From positions 10,540,001 to 10,604,000 of the forward strand of contig JBHGNT010000013.1 of NCBI GenBank assembly GCA_043228905.1: DNA of 64,000 nt. Direction: 5' to 3'. How positions within the stretch are numbered: the stretch's first letter is position 1; every line of letters begins with the position of its first letter. Source of the stretch: Azolla caroliniana (Eukaryota; Plantae; Polypodiophyta). Shown here piece after piece: positions 1 to 13,288 of the stretch. The position numbers were made by a program, and so were the translations under genes. The notes beneath the pieces are model-generated. The model had not been told where the DNA came from. It made no database searches and saw only the letters and a program-made list of their open reading frames with translations.

Positions 1-3000
1 TCGAAGGAGCGAATGATGCGGCGCCAGAATCGGCACACAAGGACTTCCCGGTATGGGAACAGGCGGCAAGCAGGGTGATGTACTGCTTCGCGTCCAGTGT
101 CGGTGATTAGCTGCTCAGCCACATCCGTGACGCCAAGACACCGAAGGATGCTTGGGGGAACCTGAAAAAGGTTTTCGCCGCAAGCACCACTACCCGGAAG
201 CTGCAACTCAGACAGGAGTTGAGCAATGTTCGGTAGAAGAACATGTCCGTGGCAGACTACACGGGCCGGATAAAGGAGATCTGCGACTCGCTCGCCTCTA
301 TCAATGTTACCGTAGAGGAAGACGAGATGGTGCAGGTATGTCTCGGAGGCCTGGCGTCCAAGTTCGGAGCGTTCCAGACTGCGGTGTGTACAAGGGAGAA
401 TACCCCCTCATTCTTCGACTTACAGTCAATGCTCCTTGTAGGGGAGAACCATGCCGGTGCATCTAACAGTGCATCCCCGGACAACCGAATGTTGTACATG
501 GGAACGGATCGGCTCCGTGGGCGTGGTGGAAGAGGTGGGTCGGCACGCAATGGAGGCGGCCGGCAAGAGCAGGAACAGAGGCACTATGAGCGTGCCGACA
601 GTAGTTCCGGGACTTCCACAAGCAGGGGGAGTCAAGGCGGTGCCGGAGGCCGGCAAGACAAATCTGCTACGGAATGCTGGTACTGTGGCAAAAAGGGCCA
701 CAAGGAAAGCGAGTGCTGGAGAAAGTGTGCCGATTCGGACAAATCCGGATCCGGCAAGACCGGTAAGGATGGCCGGCAAAACTCGCACTACGCAAACGGA
801 TCAGGAGGATCCGGAACCGGAAAGGCCGGTAAGGGGCCAGCCTTGGTGATGAATCACAAGGCAAACTCAATGAAGAAGACCACTTCCAAAACGGAGGAAG
901 TGTGGTATGTTGATTCCGACGCGTCGAACCACATGACGAGCCACAAAGAGTGGTTCTCCTTTCTGGAGAAACCGGATCAACCAGGAGTAGTCAAAACCGG
1001 AGACGACACTCCTCACCCAATCGTGCACGTCGGAGAAGTCCCTCTAAGCCACGTCGGACAGAAAGGGAAGCTGATGAACGTATTACACGTTCCAACAATC
1101 ACGAAGAACCTGGTGTCCGTCGGTCAGATTATCGACCAGGGGATGCATGTGCGGTTTACGCACCTCGGGTGCTTCATTGAGGATGAGGGCGAAGTCATTG
1201 CGCAAGGGCGCAGAGACAGGAGGATGTTTATCCTCAACACCAATGACTTAGGCACCGCTCTGTTCGCGGAACGATAGAAGGTCGAGTCGGACATCGACCT
1301 GTGGCACAAGCGGATAGGCCACATCAACTACCGGAGGCTTCAAGACCTGCAAACGAAACAAGTCGTTTTCGGTTTGCCGAAGTTCAGCGGCCGGAGAGCC
1401 GAAATTTGTGAAGCCTGCCAACTTGGGAAGCAACACCGGCTTCCATTCCCCACCGAACGGAACCGGAGCCGTAACAAGCTCGATCTCATCCATTCGGATG
1501 TGTGGGGACCGGCAAAAAGTGTAAGCCTTGGCGGGAGCCGATACTTCGTCTCCTTCATCGACGACTTTACTCGACATACTTGGATCTACCTCATTGAGCG
1601 GAAGAGCGAAGTCTTCGACTGTTTTCGGAGCCTCTAGAAGATGATGGAACGGGAATCGGAGAGGAAGATCAAATGCCTTCGGTCGGATGGCGGAAAGGAA
1701 TATTTTTCCGGCCAATTCACTAGTTATCTACAACAGAAGGGAATTCGGTGAGAGTTCAGCTGCAGATACACACCGGAGCAAAATGGTGTGGCCGAAAGGA
1801 AGAACCGGACACTCGTCGAAGCGGCAAGGGCAATGCTGGAGGAGAAGAGTATGCCCCGGTTCTACTGGGCGGAGGCGGTCCAGACGGCCGTCTACATACA
1901 AAACCGCATTGGTGACAAGGTGTCAGCTCATGAGCTGTATTTCGGGCGCAAGCCGAACTTAAGACACGTTCGGATATTCGGCAGCATAGCGTATGTGCAT
2001 GTGCCGGATCAGAAGCGGAGAAAGCTGGATGCAAAATCGGAAAAATGCATCCTAGTCGGCTATGCTCAAGAGCAAAAGGGGTATAAGTGCTATAACCCCC
2101 GGACGAAGGAAGTCCGAGTTAGCCGGGATGTCGAGTTCGATGAATCGGCATCTTGGTACTCCGTACCGACTCCGACTTCCGCTCCCGACCCAATGCCGAA
2201 AGATCAGGCCAGTGAGCCTGAATCAGTCCTGTCAGAGGATGGTGAAGACGGGACTCAAGATGAGATTCCGGAATCGTTTCGGTTGAGTGGACCGAACGAG
2301 CGACTGAGTCGTTTAGACCAGTCGGATGAAGAGACAACAAGTGGTGGAGACTCTGCCGTGCTCTCCCCGCGCAAGGAACCGAGGAAACGGTTCACGTGCA
2401 AAGAGAAAGGGAAGAGGAAGATGCCGGAATTCGAAACCGGCAATGATGAGTCGGATTGGTGCGTATCCGACTCCGGAAAGGAGAAAGGCGGATCTTCGGC
2501 AACGAAGACCGAACTGGCCAAGAAGGGCCTCAAATCAGGTGACGGTGCGTTGCGCCGATCAACCCGCCAGAAGGATCCCGTCATACGGTACGGGTACAAT
2601 GAATACATGGCGCATCATTATGTGTACATGACTAAGGTGACAGAAGTGCGTGAGCCGGAGAGCTACGCAGAAGCGGCAAAGGACGCAAATTGGTGTGCCG
2701 CTATGGACGAAGAAATGCGGGCACTCGATGCCAACGAAACCTGGGACCTAGTTGATCCTCCCCGTCACTGTAAACCGATCGGATGCAAGTGGGTGTACAA
2801 GGTCAAGTACAACGTCGACGGTTCTGTTAACCGGTACAAAGCCCGGTTAGTGGCAAAGGGATACGTGCAGACCCATGGAATCGACTACGACGAGACCTTC
2901 GCTCCTGTGGCGAAGATGACGACGGTTCGTGTGGTACTGGCGGTTGCTGCGGCAAGGGGGTGGCATCTTCACCAGATGGATGTGAAGAACGCCTTCCTTC

Positions 3001-5139
3001 AAGGAGAGCTTGAAGAAGAAGTCTTTATGACTCAGCCCCCCGGATTTCAATCGGAGATGAACGAGTCGGCGGTATGCCGACTGAAGAAATCGCTTTACGG
3101 CTTGAAGCAAGCCCCCCGAGCCTGGAACACGAAGATCACGCACCGGTTGCGTAAGCTGGGGTTTGCTGTCTCTAAGTCGGACTCTTCGTTGTTCATCCGG
3201 CAAGGCTCTGACGGTCCGGTATGTATACTCTTGTATGTGGATGATTTAGTCATCACCGGACCGGGTCTTCCCGAAATCAACCGCGTCAAGTCCCGGTTGT
3301 CGGACGCATTCGAAATGAAGGACCTGGGGGACCTTCATTATTTTCTTGGGATCGAAGTGATCGGGACCCCCGACAGCATATTGCTCTCACAATGACATTA
3401 CATGTTGAATATCCTGTATAAGTTCGGCATGACGGATTGCCGACCTGTCTCCACACCCCTGGACCGGAACCAAAAGCTCTGTCCCAACTCCGGACTGGCC
3501 TGCAATGAGAAACGGTTTCGACAGGTTGTGGGAAGCCTGATCTACTTAACCATCACCCGACCCGACATCAGCTATCCGGTCGGCATGGTAAGTCAGTTCA
3601 TGCAGAAGCCGACCATGGAGCACCTTCAGGCACTAAGGACCGGGGACTGCTATACCGGCGAGGTATACCAGAAGACCTTGTCGGTTACACCGATGCTGAC
3701 TGGGCCGGCGATGCGTCTGATCACCGCTCCACTTCCGGATACATGTTCTTTATAGGTAGCGCGGTCGTTGCGTGGAGCAGCAAGAAGCAGCCCACAGTGG
3801 CTTTGTCAAGCACTGAGGCTGAGTACTGAGCCGCTACTGTTGCCACTTGTGAAGCCATCTGGCTTCGGCGACTGCTGCGAGACTTGCGGATCAAGGTGCG
3901 AACCCCGATCCCGATTTACTGCGATAACATGAGCAACCTGTAGCTCGCCAGGAACCCTGTGTTCCATGCTCGCACAAAGCACATCGAGGTGCACTACCAC
4001 TTCGCGCGTGAGCGGGTCCTGAGCGGTGAAGTTGACCTACGGTATGTTCATACGGATCGGCAAGTTGCCGACATCTTCACCAAGCCGCTCGGATCGGACA
4101 AGTTGCAGCACTTTACCGACATGCTTGGTATTCAGCATCTCGACGTGCCGCACATGAGGGGGAGAAGCAAGGGCAAAGTCTCTACCGAAACTGGCAAAGG
4201 CAAAAAACTGTTGAGCCCGTCGGTAAGAGGAGAGCCGGAAGAAGAAGAGTTGTGCACTCAGGAAGAGAAGTGCATGCTGTGCGGAGGTCATCACGACGGT
4301 ACTGACCATGATGCGGAGTCGAATGGAGAATTCGATTTCGGTTCACCGGTTGAAGAAGCCGAGGGAAGCATGGAGAAGGCCAAGACTCGGAAGTGGTCCG
4401 ATGTGGTGAGAGGCCTGAAGTCGGAAGTCGAATCAGAGTGTACCGATTCGGACAAGAGCTAGAACGAGTCGGAGACAGCTGACTCGGATCAACAGATGGA
4501 CCCGGATGAGTCGGATCGACTAAAGGCCAAGGGGACACGGACACAGCGGAAGTCGATGCCATCGTGGGAAAACCGACGGATCGGCAAGCGCCGGAGTCAC
4601 AGCAACGTGAGTGCTGAGATGGGCCTATTGAGCAGACATGCCAACCGAGAGGGTCAAGGCGCGCAGAACCAAAGGGTTCGCGGCAAACGGGACCGGACTG
4701 GACGAGGAGCGCGAGCAAGGCGGAGTGACGCCAGGAGGAGTCGGTTGAAAGAACCGACTGCCACAGAGGTCGACACTACGACCCCACCTCAGGTTGAGCT
4801 TGAGGGGGAGTGTTGAGCGGCAAGCTCAAACCAGAGCCGGATCGACTGAATAAGCCGGACCCAGTAAGCGAGACGGATCGGGCGAAACGGATCGGTATAA
4901 CGGTGAGCAACCGAACCGGCAAGCAGTGGAGGCCGGGTGCAATCCGTAACCGGCAGTCCAATCGGAAGCCTAGAATAGGATAGACTACTAGGTATCTATA
5001 GTCTCGTAGTAAGTGTCAGATGCTCGTGTAAGCATTGAAGTACATGGTACTTCTGTCAGTCCCAAGAGGACTTGTATAAATAGTGCTACTTAGCACAGTG
5101 TGTAAATAGAGTCTTAATATAATTTTGAAATTACGTTCT

Positions 5140-5207
<68 letters not shown>

Positions 5208-5252
5208 GTTCTTTGTTTTATGCTTCCGCAAACACTCACGTTTTCATGAACA
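1..5252 (+). mobile_element. Ty1/copia LTR retrotransposon (5' end outside window), degenerate gag-pol
   Basis: Gag zinc knuckle CWYCGKKGHKESEC, protease WYVDSDASNHMT, integrase IHSDVWGP/AERKNRTL, RT HQMDVKNAFL/LYVDDL, RNase H HARTKHIEVHYHF, in copia order. Many in-frame stops. PPT TGAGGGGGAG at 4801-4810. Confidence 0.95.
4811..5252 (+). repeat. 3' LTR of copia element 1, containing a (CT)n microsatellite
   Basis: Starts TGTTGA directly after the PPT, contains TATAAATA near 5075, and ends ...TGAACA. The right boundary is inferred. Confidence 0.75.
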
Positions 5253-5270
5253 AACTCGGCCAAGGCCGAG

Positions 5271-5540
5271 ACCGGATGAGTAGTACCCGGCTACTGAGAG
5301 TCGGATGATGCAGACCCGGTGAAGAACGGATGAGGAGTACCCGGCTACGGAGAGCCGGATGATGCAGACCCGATGAAGACCGGATGAGGAGTACCCGGCT
5401 ACGGAGAGCCGGATGATGCAGACCCGGTGAAGACCGGATGAGGAGTACTTGGCTACGGAGAGCCGGATGATGCAGACCCGGTGAGGACCGGATGAGGAGT
5501 ACCCGGCTACGGAGAGCCGGATGGTGCTGACCCGGTGAGG
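5271..5540 (+). repeat. 54-bp tandem repeat x5 in the U3 region of the element A LTR
   Basis: Unit ACCGGATGAGGAGTACCCGGCTACGGAGAGCCGGATGATGCAGACCCGGTGAAG, which gives 18-aa periodicity in spurious ORFs. Confidence 0.92.
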
Positions 5541-6001
5541 AATGCTCACCGGACGAAGAGACATATTCGTAAATATGTTTCTGAGAGCCCATCGAGGCTA
5601 TATTTGTAAATAGCCGAAAAGTCATATTAGTATAAATATGACTTAGGGCAAACTTTTAGGTTGTTGTTGTTATTCTTGTTGGTGCAAGAAAAGAGAGAGC
5701 GCGTAACTGTGTACAGAGAGAGAGAGAAAGAGGTTGTTGCCTCTGCTGTAACCGCCGCCTGTGGCGAAGATCGTGAGCACAAGGTCGTTGCCTCCGTGAA
5801 CTCACTGTTGTACATTCTAGCATAGTGATAGTTTGCAGCCTGTGGGCTGCCGTGGTTTTTCCCTCTTTGGGATTTCCACGTAAACATCCTGTGCACTCGC
5901 TTCTTCTTCATGTCGTGTTTTATTTCCCGTTTTTCTGTCGATGATTCTAAGCTCGGTTGTGGCCGAGCGTTGTGCAAAAGGAGCCTTGAGTTCCCGTCAA
6001 G

Positions 6002-6013
6002 TGGTATCAGAGC
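6002..6013 (+). promoter_or_regulatory. Primer binding site complementary to initiator tRNA-Met
   Basis: TGGTATCAGAGC lies 2 nt after the LTR-terminal CA. A mirror copy is at 12258-12269 on the minus strand. Confidence 0.93.
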
Positions 6014-9000
6014 GAAACAACACAGCAAATGGACGAATCGTTTGGCGGCATGTTCAAGCTCACTGGCTCCAACTATTCGGTATGGAAGTCGAGGATGAGG
6101 GACATGCTCGTGGTTAAAGACCTCTGGCTGCCGGTTCAGTTCGGGGACAAGAGACCGGACAAAATCGACGCCGCGATATGGGAGGTGATGCACATGAAGA
6201 CAACGGCGTACATACGGTGCTTCATCGACATGAGCCTGTACAACAACTTCAATGAAGAGAGCAAGGCTCATGAGCTCTGGGAGAAGATCGGCATAATGTT
6301 TCAAAACAAAAATGTTGTCAATCAGGTTTCGGTATTCCGAAAGCTAGTAAGACTCCGGTACCAAGATGGCTCCAGCATGGTGGAGCACATGAATGCCTTC
6401 CAGGGGCTGATTCACCAGGCAACTTCATTGGAAGTACCTCTCGCCGACGAGGTACTAGCGCTACTTCTGCTCGGTTCCCTCCCGGATAACTGGGAGACGT
6501 TGGTTGTCACTTTGGGCAACGCCGGGCCGGAAGGAAAGCGGTCATCCCTAGCAAGAGTAAAGTTGAGCTTGCTAGATGAGGAGGCGCGTAGGAAAGATAA
6601 AGATACGAGCTCCGATTCCAAAGCGCTCCTTACCGAATCGGAACGCGGAAGACATAGAAACCGTAGTCCCCAGAACCGGGAGAAGTCGGGGACACGGTCA
6701 AAGTCAAGGGGAAGGCCTACTTGCTTCTATTGCGGCAAGCAGGGACACTTCCAAAAGAACTGTCGGCATTTCCGAAAGGAGAAGGAAACTGACGGTACCG
6801 ATTTGAAGTGGACCCCGGACCGGAACGGTAAAGACAGGAGGGGGCCAGACCGGAAGGGAACAACGGCAATCGCGGCAAGTGAAGAAGAGTTGATGCTCAT
6901 CACCGAGGAGAGTGAGATAAACCTTGCCGGCGACGAGATGACCTGGGTGGTAGACTCTGGAGCGTCGTTCCACGTTACCCCGAAGCGAAAATGCTTCTCA
7001 TCCTGCTCAACCGGTGATCACGGCTGTGTCCGAATGGGAAATGAAGGTACATGCCGAATTGTCGGCATAGGAGACGTGTGGCTGACAACACCAACCGGAT
7101 GCAAGTTCCTGCTGAAGGATGTCCGACACGTTCCGGAGGTTCGACTGAACCTGATGAGGGCTACACGGGTACCATCCGGAATGGCGTCATGAAGCTCAGC
7201 AAAGGGAGCCTGATTGTGGCTCGGGCCTGGAAAGTAAACACATTCTACCTGATGAGTGCCCGGTTATGCCCGGAAGAAGTGAACATGGCTTCCGACACTG
7301 CCGGTGAGCTGTGGCACAAGAGGCTATGTCATATGAATGAAAAGGGGATGAAGAGGCTTGCAGACGACAACCTCATTCCAGTGAAGAACGTGCACTTAGA
7401 GAAGTACACTGATTGTCTGGCCGGTAAGCAGAACCGGACCTCCTTCCGACCAAGGCCACCGATGAGACGGAATGCACCACTTGAGTTGGTGCATACGGAT
7501 GTGTGTCAAGTAGACACGAAGTCACATGCCGGAGCGCACTACTTCGTGACGTTCATAGATGACCACAGCCGGAAGTTGTGGGCCACACCGTTGAAGACGA
7601 AGGATCAGGTGTTATCCATCTTCAAAGAGCTCCACGCGAGTGTGGAAAGAGAAATCGGCCGGAAGCTGAAGGCGGTTCAGGCAGATAATGGAGGAGAATA
7701 CCGGGGGTAGTTCGAGGAGTACTGCCGCTCGAAGGGAATCCGGCTCGAATTTACAGTCCCGAAGACGCCGGAACTAAACGGACTGGCTGAGAGGATGAAC
7801 CGGACCATAATGGAGAGGGTCCGAAGTATGCTAGCGCATGCAAAACTACCCAAGAAGTTTTGGGCTGAGGCACTGTCGACGGCGACATATGTGATAAATA
7901 GATCACCCTCAGTACCCTTGGATGGAGACATGCCACAGAGAGTGTGGACCGGTAAGGAAGTATCCTACCGGCATCTGAAGGTGTTCGGGTGTCTCGCGTA
8001 CGTGCATATAGCTAAGGACCGGAGAGGAAAGTTAGATCCAAAGACCCGGCCATGCATATTCCTCGGTTACGGTGACGATGAGTTCGGCTACCGAGTGTGG
8101 GACCTGGTCGACAAGAAGGTATTCCGGAGTCGAGATATTATCTTCATGGAGAACAAGACGCTCGCCGACTCGGAGTCAGAGAAGAAGATAATGAACTTCG
8201 AGTCGACCGGTAAGGATAGTCTCTACAATGAGCAGACCCAACCGGCAAGAGACCGGTTAGCACTTGAGGAACCAGCCGGTTACGGTGAGGATACCGAACC
8301 GGCAGAAGAAGAAGTAGAGGAAGCTGAAACCGGAACCGGCCAAGACCCCGAATCGGATTCGGATGAAGAGTAGATGGATGAGCCGGTCACCAAAGCCCAG
8401 AGACGGAGATATCCTCTCAGAGAGAGAAGGGCGCCCCGAAGATTTCCGGATACAGAGCATGTTCTGCTGACCAATGAGGGGGAGCCGGAAAGCTTCGAAG
8501 AAGCGAAGGATGACACCCACAACCGAAAATGGTTAAGTGTCATGCAGGACGAGATGGATTCCCTGCATGAGAACCATACGTACGAATTGGTGGAGTTGCC
8601 GAAAGGAAAGCGGGCACTCCGAAACAAGTGGGTGTACAAGTTGAAACCGGGAGATGTCGGCAACCCCCCGAGACACAGCACCGTCCGGATGGAGGTCATC
8701 TTTACTACCGGGGCAAATATCTCGTCGAAGTCTATGCCCTTCTTCTGCTGGAACCCCTTCACCACGATCCTGGCTTTGTGTCTCGGGGGGTTGCCGGCAT
8801 CTCCCGGTTTCAACTTGTACACCCACTTGTTTCGGAGTGCCCGCTTTCTTTTCGGCAACTCCACCAATTCGTATGTATGGTTCTCATGCAGGGAATCCAT
8901 CTCGTCCTGCATGGCACTTAACCATTTTCGGCTGTGGGTGTCATCCTTCGCTTCTTCGAAGCTTTCTGGCTCCCCCTCATCGGTCAGCAGAACATGCTCT

Positions 9001-9051
9001 GTATCCGGAAATCTCCGGAGCGCCCTTCTCTCTCTGAGAGGATATCTCCGA

Positions 9052-9151
9052 NNNNNNNNNNNNNNNNNNNNNNNNNNNNNNNNNNNNNNNNNNNNNNNNN
9101 NNNNNNNNNNNNNNNNNNNNNNNNNNNNNNNNNNNNNNNNNNNNNNNNNNN
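9052..9151. other. 100-N assembly gap with duplicated flanks
   Basis: 8360-9051 recurs at a +793 offset from 9153; ORFs at 8374/9167 and 8628/9421 have the same translation. Confidence 0.95.
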
Positions 9152-9470
9152 ACGGATGAAGAGTAGATGGATGAGCCGGTCACCAAAGCCCAGAGACGGA
9201 GATATCCTCTCAGAGAGAGAAGGGCGCCCCGAAGATTTCCGGATACAGAGCATGTTCTGCTGACCAATGAGGGGGAGCCGGAAAGCTTCGAAGAAGCGAA
9301 GGATGACACCCACAACCGAAAATGGTTAAGTGTCATGCAGGACGAGATGGATTCCCTGCATGAGAACCATACGTACGAATTGGTGGAGTTGCCGAAAGGA
9401 AAGCGGGCACTCCGAAACAAGTGGGTGTACAAGTTGAAACCGGGAGATGTCGGCAACCCCCCGAGACACA

Positions 9471-12400
9471 GCACCGTCCGGATGGAGGTCATCTTTACTA
9501 CCGGGGCAAATATCTCGTCGAAGTCTATGCCCTTCTTCTGCTGGAACCCCTTCACCACGATCCTGGCTTTGTGTCTCGGGGGGTTGCCGGCATCTCCCGG
9601 TTTCAACTTGTACACCCACTTGTTTCGGAGTGCCCGCTTTCTTTTCGGCAACTCCACCAATTCGTATGTATGGTTCTCATGCAGGGAATCCATCTCGTCC
9701 TGCATGGCACTTAACCATTTTCGGCTGTGGGTGTCATCCTTCGCTTCTTCGAAGCTTTCTGGCTCCCCCTCATCGGTCAGCAGAACATGCTCTGTATCCG
9801 GAAATCTCCGGAGCGCCCTTCTCTCTCTGAGAGGATATCTCCGTCTCTGGGTTTCGGTGGCCGGCTAATCCATCTGCTCTTCATCCGAATCCGATTCGGG
9901 GTCTTGGCCGGTTCCGGTTTCAGCTTCCTCTACTTCTTCTTCTGCCGGTTTGGTATCCTCACCGTAACCGGCTGGTTCCTCGAGTGCTAACCGGTCTCTT
10001 GTCGGTTGGGTCTGCTCATCGTAGAGTCTATCCTTACTGGTCGACTAGGAGTTCATTATCTTCTTCTCTGACTCCCAGTCGGCGAGCGTCTTGTCCTCCA
10101 TGAAGATAATATCTCGACTTCGGAATACCTTCTTGTCGACCAGGTCCCACACTCGGTAGCCGAACTCATCGTCACTGTAACCAAGGAATATGCATGGCCG
10201 GGTCTTTGGATCCAACTTTCCTCTCCGGTCCTTAGCTACATGCACGTACGTGAGACACCCGAATACCTTCAGATGCCGGTAGGATACTTCCTTACCGGTC
10301 CACACTCTCTGTGGCGTGTCTCCGTCCAAAGCTACTGAGGGTGATCTGTTTATCACATATGTCGTCGTCGACAGTGACTCAGCCCAAAACTTCTTGGGTA
10401 GTTTTGCATGTGCTAGCATACTCCGGACCCTCTCCATTATGGTCCGGTTCATCCTCTCGGCTAGCCCGTTTAGTTCCGGCATCTTCGGCACGGTAAATTC
10501 GAGCCGGATTCCCTTCGAGCGGCAGTACTCCTCGAACTGCCCTCCCAGTATTCTCCTCCGTTGTCTGCTCGAACCGCCTTCAACTTCCAGCCGGTTTCTC
10601 TTTCCACTCTCGTGTGGAGCTCTTTGAAGACAGATAACACCTGATCCTTCGTCTTCAACGGTGTGGCCCACAGCTTCCGGCTGTGGTCATCTATGAATGT
10701 CACGAAGTACTGCGCTCCGGCATGTGACTTTGTGTCTATTTGACACACATCCGTATGCACCAACTCCAGTGGTGCATTACGTCTCATCGGTGGCCTTGGT
10801 CGGAAGGAGGTCCGGTTTTGCTTACCGACCAGACAATCAGTGCACTTCTCCAAGTGCACGTTCTGCACTGGAATGAGGTTGTCGTCTGCAAGCCTCTTGA
10901 TCCCCTTCTCGCTCATATGACACAGCCTCTTGTGCCACAACTCACCGGCAGTGTCGGATGCCATGTTCACTTCTTCCAGACATAACCGGGCATTCATCAG
11001 GTACAGTGTGTTGACCTTCTGGGCCCGAGCCACAATCAGGCTCCCTTTGCTGAACTTCATGACACCGTTCCGGATGCTACCCATGTAGCCTTCATCATCT
11101 AGCCGACCGGCTGATATCAAGTTCAGACGAACCTCCGGAACGTGTCGGACATCCTTCAGCAGCAACTTGCATCCGGTTGGTGTTGTTAGCCACACGTCTC
11201 CTATGCCGACAATTCAGCATGTTCCTTCATTCCCCATCCGGACACAACCGTGATCACCGGTTGAGTAGGATGAGAAGCATTTCCGGTCCGGGGTAAGGTG
11301 GAACGACGCTCCGGAGTCCACTACCCAGGTCATCTCGTCGCCAACAAGGTTTATCTCACTCTCCTCGGTGATGAGCATCAACTCTTCTTCACTTGCTGCG
11401 ATTTCCGTCATCCCCTTCCGGTCTGGCCCCCTCTGGTCTTTACCGTTCCGGTCCGGTATCCGTTGCGAATCAGTACCGTCGGTTTTCTCTTCCTTTCGGA
11501 AATGCCGACAATTCTTCTGGAAGTGTCCCGGCTTGCCGCAATAGAAGCAAGTAGGTCTCCCCCTTGACTTTGACCGTGTCCCCGACTTTTACCGGTTCTG
11601 GGGACTACGGTTTCTTTGTCTTCCGTGATCCGATTCGGTAAGGAGCGCTTTGGAATCGGAGCTCGTATCTTTATCTTTCCTACGCGCCTCCTCATCTAGC
11701 AAGCTCGACTTTACTCTTGCTAGGGATAACCGCTTTCCTTCCGGCCCTGCGTTGCCCAAAGTGACAACCAACTTCTCCCAGCTATCTGGGAGGGAACCGA
11801 GCAGGAGTAGCCCTAGTACCTCGTCGGCGAAAGGTACTTCCAATGATGTTGCCTGGTGTATTAGCCCCTGGAAGGCATTCATGTGCTCCACCATGCTGGA
11901 GCCATCTTGGTACCAGAGTCTTACTAGCTTCCAGAATACCGAAACCTGATTAACAACATTTTTGTTTTGAAACATTATGCCGATCTTCTCCCAGAGCTCA
12001 TGAGCCTTGCTTTCGTCATTGAAGTTGTTGTATAGGCTCATGTCGATGAAACACCGTATGTATGTCGTTGTCTTCATGTGCATCACCTCCCATATCGCGG
12101 TGTCGATTTTGTCCGGTCTCTTGTCCCCGAACTAAACCGGCAGCCAGAGGTCTTTAACCACGAGCATGTCCCTCATCTTCGACTTCCATACCGAATAGTT
12201 GGAGCCGGTGAGCTTGAACATGCCGCCAAACGATTTGTCCATTTTCTGTGTTGTTTCGCTCTGATACCACTTGACGGGAACTCAATCGCTCCTTATGCAC
12301 AACGCTTGGCCACAACCGAGCTTAGAATCATACACAAAAAACGGGAAATAAAACATGACACGAAGAAGAAACGAGTGCACAGGATGTTTACGTGGAAAAC

Positions 12401-12642
12401 CCAAAGAGGGAAAAACCACGGCAGCCCACAGGCTGCAAACTATCACTATGCTAGAATGTACAACAGTGAGTTCACAGAGGCAACGACCTCGTGCTCATGA
12501 TCCTTTCCACAGGCGGCGGTTACAACAGAGGCAACGACCTCTTTCTCTCTCATTCTCTGTACACTGTTACGCGCTCACTCTATTCTTGCACCATCGGCAC
12601 TGTTCTTCTCCCTTCCCATCCGGAGGGACCTGTCTCCCAACA
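9471..12642 (-). mobile_element. Ty1/copia element B (same family as A), inverted and truncated in RT
   Basis: Reverse-complement homologue of A with scattered substitutions. PBS at 12258-12269. LTR 12272-12642 begins TGTTGGGAGAC on the minus strand. RT breaks at MTSIRTVL. Confidence 0.92.
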
Positions 12643-12948
12643 CTAAGCTAGGGCAATTGCCCTTTCTATTATTTACAAAACTAGCCCAACATGTCCATGA
12701 GCTAGTGTGAAACCTATCTATAGGAAGTTGAGTTCGACTCTCAACAGATATATCAAATGTTTTGCACTGTAGCGGAAATGTAAACAAGCTTGCAAATTTT
12801 GAGTGCATTGATAGTTGTCAGGAACTCTATTAAGGCAGAGAAGGAATTAGTACTAAAAGAAGGATTAGTACTATTGTTGGAGAATAGTACTAAGACAGAG
12901 AAGGATTAGTACTATGAGAGGTGTCGAACTTTGAGAGAAGGAATGAGT

Positions 12949-13006
<58 letters not shown>

Positions 13007-13288
13007 TGATGCGAAAGATATATGTATTATATGACGGAAGATATACAACAGTAGTTAGAAGGCTTAAGACTGGCGTTGAACCGATTTGGTTCGAACTAAT
13101 GCCTTGCGCCTCCTTTTATAGTGTCTTCAGGAATACTCCTGAAGTTTCTAGAATGTTCCAGAGAAATCTGGAATATACATCAATTTCCTAATAAAACCTA
13201 AATGAAAATAATATCCTTCAAATTACAACTCATAACCTAATGGTAAAGTCTCGACCCGTGTAACAAAAGGTTATGGGTTCGAGTCTAG

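Larger units (their letters stand above)
5253..8677 (+). mobile_element. Ty1/copia element A: partial 5' LTR, PBS, gag-PR-INT, truncated early in RT
   Basis: LTR ends CCCGTCA at 5999. PBS TGGTATCAGAGC at 6002-6013. CFYCGKQGHFQKNC, WVVDSGASFH, VHTDVC. Breaks after KWVYKLKPGDVGNPPRH. Confidence 0.93.

Noticed and set aside
5236-5625. Repeat-containing proteins from ORFs over tandem repeats (also 28402-28851)
   Set aside because: Incidental translations of 54-bp and 83-bp DNA repeats.
8280-9868. Novel fusion proteins at the fold-back junction
   Set aside because: Sense RT reading into antisense RT, with no sign of a selected product.
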